A stretch of 64,000 nucleotides of DNA from an uncultured Rickettsiales bacterium (GTDB taxonomy: Bacteria; Pseudomonadota; Alphaproteobacteria; Rickettsiales; UBA1997), in assembly GCA_934747265.1 (NCBI GenBank), contig CAKVGI010000003.1, positions 26,515-90,514 on the forward strand. Direction: 5' to 3'. Below, one piece after another: positions 39,315-48,815 of this stretch. Made by a program: the position numbers and the translations under genes. How positions within the stretch are numbered: position 1 is the stretch's first letter; each line of letters starts with the position of its first letter. A model generated the notes under the pieces. That model worked only from the letters and a program-made list of their open reading frames with translations. It searched no databases and was not told where the DNA came from.

Positions 39315-39690
39315 TTTGAATTAAGTCAGTTATTGATCTTGCATATTTTTTATTTTTATATGGATTTTTCATAGCTTTTGATAAAGATATTTTTTTAAGC
39401 TCGTCTTTTGTTTTTATTTGTTTTACGTCTACTATTTTTTTATTATTAAGTAATTCTGGATTTTTATCAATTAAAGACAATAATCTTTCGGTTGAAGTTA
39501 AATAAGTAAGTTCAATGGTTAAGATTTTTTTATCATCATTTATTCTTTCTATTTCTTTATCTAAGTAGCTTAAATCATTAATCATGTTGAACATTTTATA
39601 TCTAATATAAAACATTGAACAGCTTAGTAATAGCAACAAAAAAATTAAAATATTTTGCATAAATAATAAAAATTTCCTAAATTTTAACAT
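39304..39690 (-). CDS. ftsL: Cell division protein FtsL-like (single TM plus coiled coil)
   Basis: 128 aa with an N-terminal TM followed by a heptad-like segment (LDKEIERINDDKKILTIELTYL). Its position directly after rsmH is conserved in dcw clusters. The call is mainly positional. Confidence 0.55.
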   Translation of the reverse strand: MLKFRKFLLFMQNILIFLLLLLSCSMFYIRYKMFNMINDLSYLDKEIERINDDKKILTIELTYLTSTERLLSLIDKNPELLNNKKIVDVKQIKTKDELKKISLSKAMKNPYKNKKYARSITDLIQNEI

Positions 39691-40595
39691 TTCTTTAAAG
39701 CCCTCAATTTAGCTGATCTTGACCTAATATTATTTTGAACTTCGCGGTTATTAGGTGTAATAGCTTTTTTTGTTAATAATTCAAAATCCGCCTTAATAAT
39801 ATTTTTAGAATATTTATCATTCTTCTTACCTTTATTTGTTTCTTGTTTAACAAAATCTTTAACTATTTTATCCTCCAAAGAATGAAAACAAACAACAACC
39901 AATCTGCCATCCTTATTTAATACTTTTTTTGATATTTCTAATATTTTTCTTAATTCATTTAATTCATCATTAACAGCAATTCTAATTGCTTGAAAAGTCT
40001 TTGTTGCAGGATCAATTTTTCCTTTTTTACCAGTATAAAAAGATCTGACGATGTCCGCTAATTCAAATGTTGTTTCTATTGGTTTTATCTTTCTTAACTC
40101 AACAATTTTTTTTGCAATATGTCTGCTTTTTACTTCGTCGCCATAGTTATAAATAATATTTGCTAATTCTTCTTCTGGCGTATTATTGATAATTTCATAA
40201 GCTGATATAGAATTATTGCCCATCCTCATATCTAATCTAGAATTTTTTTGAAATGAAAATCCCCTATCACAATTATCAACTTGCATGGAAGATACTCCAA
40301 CATCCAAAACAATTCCATCAACTTTTCTATCATCTAATATCTTTTCTATATTGCTATATTTATCATTGTAAAACTCAAATCTATCGCCAAATTTTGTTTT
40401 TACATCATCAGCAAATATTTTTACAGATTCATCTCTGTCAATCCCAATAAGCTTACAATTAGCTTTTTCAAGTATTTTCCTAGCATAGCCACCTGCTCCA
40501 AATGTACAGTCAACAAAAATTTCATCATCTTTTGGATTTAGATATTCCAATACTTCATTTAGCATAACTGGTATATGGTAATCCAAATTATTCAT
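39684..40595 (-). CDS. rsmH: 16S rRNA (cytosine1402-N4)-methyltransferase
   Basis: 303 aa with HIPVML, DCTFGAGGY, DLGVSS-like (DVGVSSMQ) and FHSLEDK motifs. Confidence 0.93.
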   Translation of the reverse strand: MNNLDYHIPVMLNEVLEYLNPKDDEIFVDCTFGAGGYARKILEKANCKLIGIDRDESVKIFADDVKTKFGDRFEFYNDKYSNIEKILDDRKVDGIVLDVGVSSMQVDNCDRGFSFQKNSRLDMRMGNNSISAYEIINNTPEEELANIIYNYGDEVKSRHIAKKIVELRKIKPIETTFELADIVRSFYTGKKGKIDPATKTFQAIRIAVNDELNELRKILEISKKVLNKDGRLVVVCFHSLEDKIVKDFVKQETNKGKKNDKYSKNIIKADFELLTKKAITPNNREVQNNIRSRSAKLRALKKC

Positions 40596-40696
40596 TTTTT
40601 ATACTTGACTTTTTTTAATAATATTATAACTTATAGGAATAGCGGTAAAGCTAGTTAGAAATCTCCCAAATACTAACTAATTCTCCCAAAAAGTTT

Positions 40697-40757
40697 TACC
40701 GCCCCTATTTTTTCAAAATTCTACCGCCCCTATTTTTTCAAAATTCTACCGCCCCTA
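40697..40757 (-). repeat. 25-bp tandem direct repeat, 2.4 copies (TACCGCCCCTATTTTTTCAAAATTC on the plus strand)
   Basis: Copies at 40697-40721 and 40722-40746 are identical. A partial third copy at 40747-40757 contains the mraZ stop codon. It is a GC-rich core in an AT-rich spacer. Confidence 0.9.
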
Positions 40758-41204
40758 AGACAGCTTTTTTATTGAGAAAGGATTATCTTTTATTTGCTTT
40801 CTAGCCTCTTCAAGATATTTATTAAACATTTCAGGTTCCCATATCTCAAATGTTTGTCCTTTTCCAATAAATACGGCTTTATCTTTTATTCCAGCAAAGC
40901 CCATTAAACTTTTTGGTAAAATAACTCTACCATCAGAGTCAAAAGGCAATTGTGCTGCTCCGCCTAATATTATAGCCGCAAAAGCATCTTTCTCTCTAGA
41001 TGAAGGATCCAAATCATCAATTACTTCACTTAACTTTTGCATTCTCTCCATAGTACATCCTTCAATGCATTTATGGTTTGATGATTCATAAATCACAACA
41101 CCAGAAAAATCCTTACCACACATCATACCACGAAATTGAGAAGGCACAGACACCCTGCCTTTACTATCTACTTTATTCTCAAATGTTGACAAAAATAAAG
41201 CCAT
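40755..41204 (-). CDS. mraZ: Transcriptional regulator MraZ
   Basis: 149 aa with two SpoVT/AbrB-like halves carrying DSKGRVSVP and DSDGRVILP. RBS GAGGAG lies upstream. Confidence 0.93.
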   Translation of the reverse strand: MALFLSTFENKVDSKGRVSVPSQFRGMMCGKDFSGVVIYESSNHKCIEGCTMERMQKLSEVIDDLDPSSREKDAFAAIILGGAAQLPFDSDGRVILPKSLMGFAGIKDKAVFIGKGQTFEIWEPEMFNKYLEEARKQIKDNPFSIKKLS

Positions 41205-41231
41205 AAACTCCTCATTTTCTTAATATTATCA

Positions 41232-41298
41232 CCATAAATACATTTTATGGTTTTTTATGGTATATTATGGTTTTAATATTAAATTTATGGAATGTCAA
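41232..41298 (-). promoter_or_regulatory. Candidate mraZ promoter with phased direct repeats (putative MraZ operator)
   Basis: TTATGG (plus strand) occurs at 41245, 41255 and 41265, an exact 10-bp phase. A fourth copy is at 41285 and an inverted copy CCATAA at 41232-41237. On the minus strand, TTGACA (41298-41293) is followed after 17 nt by TAAAAC. Confidence 0.5.
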
Positions 41299-41481
41299 GG
41301 AAAAAATTTTTATTTTTAATTATGAAGATATTTTAGAAAAACTCAATAAAATGAGTTAATAAATGCAAATTCGGTTTATTATAAAATATATAAATTTAAA
41401 TTAATAAATTTATCAAAATGATATATTAAATAATCATTGATTTTTATTCTTGTTTTTTTATTTTTGTTATGTATTCACTAA

Positions 41482-42870
41482 GTGGTAAGTTTGAAAAAAT
41501 ACATAAAGACTTTTTTATTTGGATTATTGGCTGGATTATCTTTTCCGCCACTGTACCTTGTTGTTTTTTTACCATTAAGTTTTTATTATTTATTAACAAA
41601 AATAGAAAATGCAACCTCAAATAAAAATGCTTTTTCAAGTGGTTTAATATTTGGTTTTGGTTATTTTTTAGTTCAATTATATTGGATAAGTTTTTCTTTA
41701 CTTGTAGATATAAAAACATACTTCTGGTTGATACCATTTGCAATTTCAATAATACCACTGATGTGCGGAGCATTTATAGGTTTAACAACGGTAATGTTGT
41801 ATTTTTTAATCAAGAAATTTAATATAGAAAATAGATGTATTATAACAATTTTATTCGCAATTCTTTATGTATTTTTTGAATATTTGAGAGGTTTGATTTT
41901 TCCTTGGAATTTGTTCTCTTACATTGTGGGTTTTTCAAATATTTTAATGCAACCAGTATCTATAATAAATATATATTTTTATGATGTAATATTGGTATTT
42001 TTGCTATGTTTTGGCTATGTATTTTTCTCATATAAAGACAAAAATATTATAATAAATAAAAAATACAAGAATTATGTCTACATTTATTTTATAATAATAT
42101 TAATGATTGTTTTATTTGGATTTGTTAGATTACAAAATGCTAATAATAAAAATTTTAATATAAATGTAAAATTAGTTCAAGCAAATATAAAACAAAATCT
42201 AAAATGGGATAAAAATGAAATAAAAAATAATTTACAAAAGCATATAAATTTAAGCAAAGATGATTATTCTGATATAATAATTTGGTCGGAAAGTTCAATA
42301 CCATATATTGCAAATAAAAATACAAAGATAGATTTTATAAATAATAAAGTATTGATAACTGGGGCTGTTAGGGGTGAATTTGAAGATAATAAATTAAGTA
42401 AAATTTGGAATAGTATTTTTATTTTTAAGGATGGAAAAGTTGAAAATTATTATGATAAACATATTTTGGTTCCTTTTGGAGAATATATTCCATTTTCAAA
42501 ATATCTACCATTTGTTAAAAAAATTACTAATGGAAACATTGATTTTTCAAGTGGAAATATGTACAATAACATAAAAATTAAAGACATTAATTTTAATCCA
42601 ATTATATGTTATGAAATAGCTTTTCCTAATTATGTTGCAAAAAAGAGTAAAAAAGCGGATATAATTTTAAATTTAACAAACGATGGTTGGTTTGGAATTT
42701 CAAGTGGACCATATCAGCATTTAGTAGCATCTAGGTTTAGGGCAGTTGAAAATAAAATTCCTGTTATAAGAGTTTCAAATAGTGGGATAACTGCTTATAT
42801 AGATGAATATGGACGAACTGTAAAAAAAATAAATCTAAATGTAGAAGGTGTTTTAGATTTAAAAATTTAA
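41482..42870 (+). CDS. lnt: Apolipoprotein N-acyltransferase
   Basis: 462 aa with an N-terminal multi-TM domain and a C-terminal CN-hydrolase domain (IIWSESS, ICYEIAFP, NDGWF). GTG start as called; the start is uncertain. Confidence 0.85.
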   Translation: MVSLKKYIKTFLFGLLAGLSFPPLYLVVFLPLSFYYLLTKIENATSNKNAFSSGLIFGFGYFLVQLYWISFSLLVDIKTYFWLIPFAISIIPLMCGAFIGLTTVMLYFLIKKFNIENRCIITILFAILYVFFEYLRGLIFPWNLFSYIVGFSNILMQPVSIINIYFYDVILVFLLCFGYVFFSYKDKNIIINKKYKNYVYIYFIIILMIVLFGFVRLQNANNKNFNINVKLVQANIKQNLKWDKNEIKNNLQKHINLSKDDYSDIIIWSESSIPYIANKNTKIDFINNKVLITGAVRGEFEDNKLSKIWNSIFIFKDGKVENYYDKHILVPFGEYIPFSKYLPFVKKITNGNIDFSSGNMYNNIKIKDINFNPIICYEIAFPNYVAKKSKKADIILNLTNDGWFGISSGPYQHLVASRFRAVENKIPVIRVSNSGITAYIDEYGRTVKKINLNVEGVLDLKI

Positions 42871-42951
42871 TAATTAATGTAAAAAATACTCTTGATTTTA
42901 TTAAAATATTTAATATCTTTATAATTATAAAATAATAATTAAGAAGACGTA

Positions 42952-44430
42952 ATGTTATTATCTAAAATAATAAATTCATTTAAAAATGAATTGGAAATTC
43001 TGAATTTTAAAGATCAAGAAATAAATGGAATAGAATCAGATTCTAGATTAATTAAAAAAAATGATATTTTTTTTGCATTGGATGGTTTGACATCAAAAGG
43101 TATTGATTTTGCTGACAAAGCAATTGATAATGGTGCTACTGTAATAGTATGTGGTAAGAAATATGATTACAATAATAATAATTTAACTATTATAAAATGT
43201 GATGATTCAGTAGAAATGCTTGGCAAGTTCTTAAATGTTTTTTATCCAAATAAACCAAAACATATTGTTGGTATAACTGGTACAAGTGGTAAGACATCAA
43301 CAGCTGAATTTACTAGACAGATTATTCAAAATTTAGGTCATGACTCTGCATCTATTGGAACACTTGGTGTAAAATTTAAAGATGAAAAAATTAAAAGCGG
43401 AACATTAACAATGTTAGAGACTGTTGAATTACATCAGAAACTTAATATGTTGAAGGCAGAAAAAAATATAGATTATGTTTCAATGGAATTTTCAAGTCAA
43501 GGAATGCATCAAAGAAGAGGCATAGGAATCAATGTTGACGTGGCGGTATTTCTAAATTTAAGTCCAGAACATTTAGATTATCATAAAACGATGGAAGAGT
43601 ATTTTAAACAAAAGACAACATTATTTACAAAGATATTGAAAGATGATGGAACTGCTGTATTAAACGCCGATGTTCCTGAGTTTGAAAAGCTTGAAAAAAT
43701 ATGCAATGACAGAGGTGTAAAAATTATTTCTTTTGGTAAAAATGGTGATATTAAAATTAAAGACATTAAACCATTAGCAAAAGGTCAAGATATTACAATT
43801 TTATACCAAGGAAAAGAATATTTACTTGAATTACCATTTATTGGAACATTTCAAGCTATGAATGTTTTGGCTGCTATTAGCGCCGTTGTAGCTTTAAATA
43901 TAGAAAGTTCTTTTGAAAAGATTTTAAAAGCTGTTAATGGAATTAAACAAGCTGAGGGAAGGATGCAATTAGCTGGAATTAAAAGCAATGGGGCTACTAT
44001 TTATGTAGATTATGCTCACAAACCAGATGCTTTACAAAAAGTATTAGAAGCAACAAGAGAACATATTGATAAAGATAGCGGTTCAAGAATATTTATACTT
44101 TTTGGTTGTGGTGGTGATAGAGATAAAACAAAAAGACCTGTTATGGGTAAAATAGCTAATGATTTGGCTGATGTTGTAATTATTACAGATGACAATCCAA
44201 GAACGGAAGATGCAACAACAATTAGGCAAGAAGTTGCTTCAACTTGTCCAAAAGCTTACAATATAGGTGGTAGAAAACAAGCAATAGAAAAAGCAATAGA
44301 TATGCTAGAAAAAGATGATATTTTGATTTTAGCTGGAAAAGGACATGAAAAATATACAATTATAGGAAAAGAATTAAGTCATTTTGATGAATTTGAAATA
44401 GTTAGAGACTATTTAAATAAAATAAAATAA
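42952..44430 (+). CDS. murE: UDP-N-acetylmuramoyl-tripeptide synthetase (meso-DAP-adding MurE type)
   Basis: 492 aa with GITGTSGKTST, DYAHKPDAL, FGCGGDRD and DDNPRTE (DNPR motif). Confidence 0.92.
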   Translation: MLLSKIINSFKNELEILNFKDQEINGIESDSRLIKKNDIFFALDGLTSKGIDFADKAIDNGATVIVCGKKYDYNNNNLTIIKCDDSVEMLGKFLNVFYPNKPKHIVGITGTSGKTSTAEFTRQIIQNLGHDSASIGTLGVKFKDEKIKSGTLTMLETVELHQKLNMLKAEKNIDYVSMEFSSQGMHQRRGIGINVDVAVFLNLSPEHLDYHKTMEEYFKQKTTLFTKILKDDGTAVLNADVPEFEKLEKICNDRGVKIISFGKNGDIKIKDIKPLAKGQDITILYQGKEYLLELPFIGTFQAMNVLAAISAVVALNIESSFEKILKAVNGIKQAEGRMQLAGIKSNGATIYVDYAHKPDALQKVLEATREHIDKDSGSRIFILFGCGGDRDKTKRPVMGKIANDLADVVIITDDNPRTEDATTIRQEVASTCPKAYNIGGRKQAIEKAIDMLEKDDILILAGKGHEKYTIIGKELSHFDEFEIVRDYLNKIK

Positions 44431-44456
44431 TTTAAGTTAGTATTGTTTTAAAATTT

Positions 44457-44478
44457 AAGAGGGATTGATTTCCCTCTT
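44457..44478 (+). terminator. Candidate intrinsic terminator downstream of murE
   Basis: AAGAGGGA / TCCCTCTT 8-bp stem with a 6-nt loop, running into TTTTATT. Confidence 0.65.
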
Positions 44479-44684
44479 TTATTAATAATAATGTTAGTAA
44501 AATTTATTATAAAAAATAATTGATTAAAATTAATGTTGCCTTTTTAAAAAAATATTCTACACTCTATTATAGAGTTTTAACTCACGGAATTTGTTTATTA
44601 TTAGATTTCTAAAATTTAATAATAAAATTATTGCCTAGTGCATTTTATTATTTTAGAGCTTTAAGCTTACAAAGAGTTTATATT

Positions 44685-46400
44685 ATGAATTTAAATTTAG
44701 AAAAATTCAAGAGGGATATTTTATTCCTACCGCTTGGTGGTAGTGGTGAAATAGGGTTAAATTGCAACTTGTATCACTATAATGGAAAATGGTTAATAGT
44801 TGATATGGGGGTTGGTTTTACTAGTGAAATACCTGGTGTTGATGTTGTGGCGCCGGATATAGATTTTATTAAGCAAAATATTCAAAATTTTGTTGGAATA
44901 GTTATAACACATATTCATGAAGATCATATTGGAGCAATTCAATATTTATGGGATGAATCAAAATTGCCAATTTATGCAACAAAATTTACATCGTTATTTT
45001 TGAAAGAAAAATTAAGCGAATATGATTTTGCTGATGAGATGAAAATTATAGAAGTTGATATAGATAAAAAGTTGGTATTAAAACCATTTGAGTTGGAATT
45101 TATTAATTTAACTCATTCAACACCGGAGATGAGTGCTATTTTGATAAAAACTCCAAAGGGAAATATTTTACATACTGGTGATTGGAAATTTGAAGATAAA
45201 CCAATACTTGGAAAAATATCAAATAAAAAAAGACTAAAACAGCTTGGAAATAGAGGTGAAGTTTTAGCTATGGTATCAGAATCAACGAATATTTTTCAAT
45301 TATCTAATACCAAAAATGAATCGGATTTATTAAAAAATTTAAAGAAAGTAATAAAATCAAATAGAAGTGGTTTAATTGTTTGTACAATTTTTGCATCAAA
45401 TATTTCAAGAATTATTACTTTATCTCTTGCAGCAAAATCAGCAGGCAGAAAAGTCGGAGTAATTGGTCGTTCCTTATATAGAATAATTAAAGTAGCAAAC
45501 GAAATGAATTTTTTACCAAAAGGCATTGAATTTGTTGAGGAAGAGGATTTTGGTAAATATTCTAAGAAAGAACTTTTGATAATTGCAACTGGATGTCAGG
45601 GAGAGACAACATCTGGTTTATGGAAATTGGCTAATGATTTACAAAAAAATATAAAACTTAATTCAGGAGATACTATAATATTTTCTTCAAGAATTATACC
45701 TGGCAATGAAAAAGCTATATATGCTTTGTATAATAAATTGTCAGAAAAAGATGTAAAAATTATAAATTCCGAAAATGAATTTGTCCATTTATCTGGCCAT
45801 TATACAAGGAATGAATTAATAGAAATGTATAAATTAGTAAGACCGAGAATAGTTATTGCAACGCATGGCGAAGAAATGCATCTAGCTGAACATAAAAGAG
45901 TTGCAAAGGAGTGTGGTGTACCTAATACCATAAAAGGAAAGAACGGTGATATAATTAAAATAGATTCAAAGAATCCAGAAAAAACAAAAGTAATAAATCA
46001 TATAAATTTAACAAATGTTGCGGTTGATGGTAAAAGATTATTGCCTTTAAACAGTCATATCATAGGCGAAAGAAAAAAAATAGCGGAATCTGGCGTTTTT
46101 GTAGTAATAATTAAGGTTGATAGATTATTTAAAATGATTGATAATCCAATGATATCCGCTGTTGGTAATTATGATTTATTACATGAAAAATTAACAAAAG
46201 AGATGTTTGAAGATGAGATAAAAACAGCTTATAATAATGGTTTAATAAAAATATCAAATCCAGAAAATGGAAATAATTTTGATGATGATGACAAAAAAGA
46301 AACTTTCTTGTTAAAGGAAATTAATAAAAAATTAGGCCATATTTTTCAAGTTGATATGGGTAAAAAACCATTTTTTGTTATTAAGATTATAAAGATTTAA
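44685..46400 (+). CDS. rnj: Ribonuclease J (metallo-beta-lactamase / beta-CASP)
   Basis: The HIHEDHIG motif, the beta-CASP region and HLSGH. The ORF track starts at TTG 44631; the ATG at 44685 (MNLNLEKF) fits family N-termini (LGGSGEIG). Confidence 0.88.
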   Translation: MNLNLEKFKRDILFLPLGGSGEIGLNCNLYHYNGKWLIVDMGVGFTSEIPGVDVVAPDIDFIKQNIQNFVGIVITHIHEDHIGAIQYLWDESKLPIYATKFTSLFLKEKLSEYDFADEMKIIEVDIDKKLVLKPFELEFINLTHSTPEMSAILIKTPKGNILHTGDWKFEDKPILGKISNKKRLKQLGNRGEVLAMVSESTNIFQLSNTKNESDLLKNLKKVIKSNRSGLIVCTIFASNISRIITLSLAAKSAGRKVGVIGRSLYRIIKVANEMNFLPKGIEFVEEEDFGKYSKKELLIIATGCQGETTSGLWKLANDLQKNIKLNSGDTIIFSSRIIPGNEKAIYALYNKLSEKDVKIINSENEFVHLSGHYTRNELIEMYKLVRPRIVIATHGEEMHLAEHKRVAKECGVPNTIKGKNGDIIKIDSKNPEKTKVINHINLTNVAVDGKRLLPLNSHIIGERKKIAESGVFVVIIKVDRLFKMIDNPMISAVGNYDLLHEKLTKEMFEDEIKTAYNNGLIKISNPENGNNFDDDDKKETFLLKEINKKLGHIFQVDMGKKPFFVIKIIKI

Positions 46401-46512
46401 ACTAAAATTTTCGTCATTTATAAAAAATATTTGATGAAAGTTTTATTCAATTATTTATCTTGAATTAATTAAATATTATTGTAAATTAGTATCAGTTAAT
46501 AAAAAAGATGTT

Positions 46513-47925
46513 ATGGCGTTTACAATAGCGATAGTTGGTAGACCAAACGTTGGTAAATCAAGTCTATTTAATAAGTTGGTTGGTAGAAAAATAGCAATAG
46601 TAAATGATTTTGCTGGCGTTACAAGAGATAGAAAGATAGAAAAAGGCTCTCTTGGACCTATTGAGTTTGATGTAATAGATACCGCTGGTTTAGAATATAA
46701 TCTAACAAATAAGCAATTAGAAAGTAGAATGGTAAAACAGACAGAAGTTGCTGTTTTTGATGCTGATTTATGCTTATTTTTAGTTGATGGAAAAAGCGGT
46801 TTAGAGCCAGCTGATAAATATTTTGCTAAATGGTTAAGAGAAAAAAATATTCCAACGATTTTAGTTGTAAATAAATGTGATTCATTAAAGAATCATGACT
46901 TTATATTTGATAGCGAATATTACAAACTTGGGTTAGGTGAACCAATACCAATATCCGCTGAACATAATAATGGTTTCAATATGCTTTATGATGCAATAGA
47001 GTCATTTTATGATAAATATCAGGAGCAATATAAAGATATTAGTAATATGGAGGAAAAAATCCAAATTGATACGGAAGAAAATAAAAATAATAAGGAAGAT
47101 AGAGAAATTACAATTGCTGTTGTTGGAAGGCCTAATGCCGGTAAATCAACGCTTATCAATACACTATTAAACGATGAAAGAGTTTTAACTGGTCCGGAAG
47201 CTGGAATTACAAGAGATGCTATTTCCATAAAATGGAAATATAAAAATAGGGATATAAAATTAATAGATACAGCTGGTATTAGAAAGAAACACAATATTGA
47301 TACGGATTTAGAAAAATTTGCTGTTGAGGATAGTTTTAGAGCCGTTAGATTTGCGCAAATTGTTATTATGATGATAGATTCAACTTCGCCTTTTGATACG
47401 CAAGATTTAGCTATTGCAAATATGATAGTTAATGAAGGTAGAGGCATTGTTTTTGCCTTAAACAAATGGGATACTATTCCGGAAAAAGATAAGCACAAAT
47501 TTATGAATAATTCAATTTCTTTAATAGAGCAAAAAGTAGCACAGGTTAAAGGTTGTCCTATTGTTCCAATATCTGCTTTATATAGTAAAAATATAGATAA
47601 ATTGGTTGATGCATGCTTAGATGTTTATAAAGATTGGAATGAATACATTAAAACATCGGATTTGAATAATTGGTTAAGGGAAATAGAAAAAGATCACACG
47701 CCTCCTTTATTCAAAGGAAATGCCGTAAAATTAAAATATATTACACAAGCAAAAAAAAGACCACCGACATTTGTTTTATTTACAAATAGTCCAGAAAAAT
47801 TAGAAAAAACGTCTTATTCTAAATTTTTAGTAAATAAATTAAGGGAGGATTTTAATTTAAAAAAGACGATAGTTAGATTGATTTTGAGAAAAGCGGAAAA
47901 TCCTTATGATAAAAGAAAAAAATAA
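46513..47925 (+). CDS. der: Ribosome-associated GTPase Der (EngA), double G-domain
   Basis: 470 aa with two G domains (GRPNVGKSS...DTAG...NKCD and GRPNAGKST...DTAG...NKWD) plus a KH-like C-terminus. Confidence 0.93.
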   Translation: MAFTIAIVGRPNVGKSSLFNKLVGRKIAIVNDFAGVTRDRKIEKGSLGPIEFDVIDTAGLEYNLTNKQLESRMVKQTEVAVFDADLCLFLVDGKSGLEPADKYFAKWLREKNIPTILVVNKCDSLKNHDFIFDSEYYKLGLGEPIPISAEHNNGFNMLYDAIESFYDKYQEQYKDISNMEEKIQIDTEENKNNKEDREITIAVVGRPNAGKSTLINTLLNDERVLTGPEAGITRDAISIKWKYKNRDIKLIDTAGIRKKHNIDTDLEKFAVEDSFRAVRFAQIVIMMIDSTSPFDTQDLAIANMIVNEGRGIVFALNKWDTIPEKDKHKFMNNSISLIEQKVAQVKGCPIVPISALYSKNIDKLVDACLDVYKDWNEYIKTSDLNNWLREIEKDHTPPLFKGNAVKLKYITQAKKRPPTFVLFTNSPEKLEKTSYSKFLVNKLREDFNLKKTIVRLILRKAENPYDKRKK

Positions 47926-48814
47926 AATTATTGTAATTTCTGGACCAACAGCTAGTGGAAAAACCAGCTATTCTATTAAATTGGCAAAAGAAAATAATGG
48001 AATTATCATAAATGCTGATTCAATGCAAGTTTATAAAGGGTTGCCAATTTTATCCAGTCAACCAACTATTGAAGAAAGAGAAAATATTGAGCATTTACTA
48101 TTTTCAGTTTTAGAGCCTTATGATAATTGTAATGTTGGTAAATGGCTAAAAATGTGTCAAGAAAAAATAGAATATTGTTTTAATAAAGGAAAAATACCAA
48201 TAGTTGTAGGTGGTACGGGAATGTATATCTCAAAATTAATAAATGGGTTATCACAAATTCCAGAAATTCCAAGCGATATAAGACAAGATGTACTTGAACT
48301 TTATCAAAATATCGGATATGATGAATTTTATAAAATAGTTTTAGATATAGATAAAGATTATGTGGCAAAAATCAATATGAATGATAAACAAAGATTAATG
48401 AGGGTTCTTGAAGTATATAAAATAACAGGCAAGAGTATACAATATTTTATTAATCAAGGAAATATTAAACTATATCCAGACGATATGTTTTTTCATATAA
48501 ATATAAATCCAGACAGACAAAAACTATATGAAAAATGTGAACTAAGATTTAATAAATTTATTGATGAATATAATGCATTAGAAGAAATATCCAACTTTAA
48601 GGCGAATAATCAGGAAATTATAAATAATCCACAAAATTATTCAATTTTTAGCACCATAGGACTTAAAGAAGGGATAAAATTTTTAAATAGAGAAATTACA
48701 AAAGAGGAATTTATTGAACAATCAATTAAATCAACAAAAAATTATGCCAAAAGACAATATACTTGGTTTAATAATCAATTTAAACATTTTGATTTAAGAA
48801 TTACAAAAATATAA
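47906..48814 (+). CDS. miaA: tRNA dimethylallyltransferase
   Basis: 302 aa with the P-loop GPTASGKT, DSMQVYKGL and GGTGMY. It overlaps the der 3' end by 20 nt. Confidence 0.9.
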   Translation: MIKEKNKIIVISGPTASGKTSYSIKLAKENNGIIINADSMQVYKGLPILSSQPTIEERENIEHLLFSVLEPYDNCNVGKWLKMCQEKIEYCFNKGKIPIVVGGTGMYISKLINGLSQIPEIPSDIRQDVLELYQNIGYDEFYKIVLDIDKDYVAKINMNDKQRLMRVLEVYKITGKSIQYFINQGNIKLYPDDMFFHININPDRQKLYEKCELRFNKFIDEYNALEEISNFKANNQEIINNPQNYSIFSTIGLKEGIKFLNREITKEEFIEQSIKSTKNYAKRQYTWFNNQFKHFDLRITKI

Positions 48815-48815
48815 A

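Noticed and set aside
40697-40757. The 25-bp tandem repeats, considered as a possible CRISPR array.
   Set aside because: The copies are directly abutting with no spacers, there are only 2.4 units, and no cas genes are in the window. I treat it as a tandem or regulatory repeat instead.
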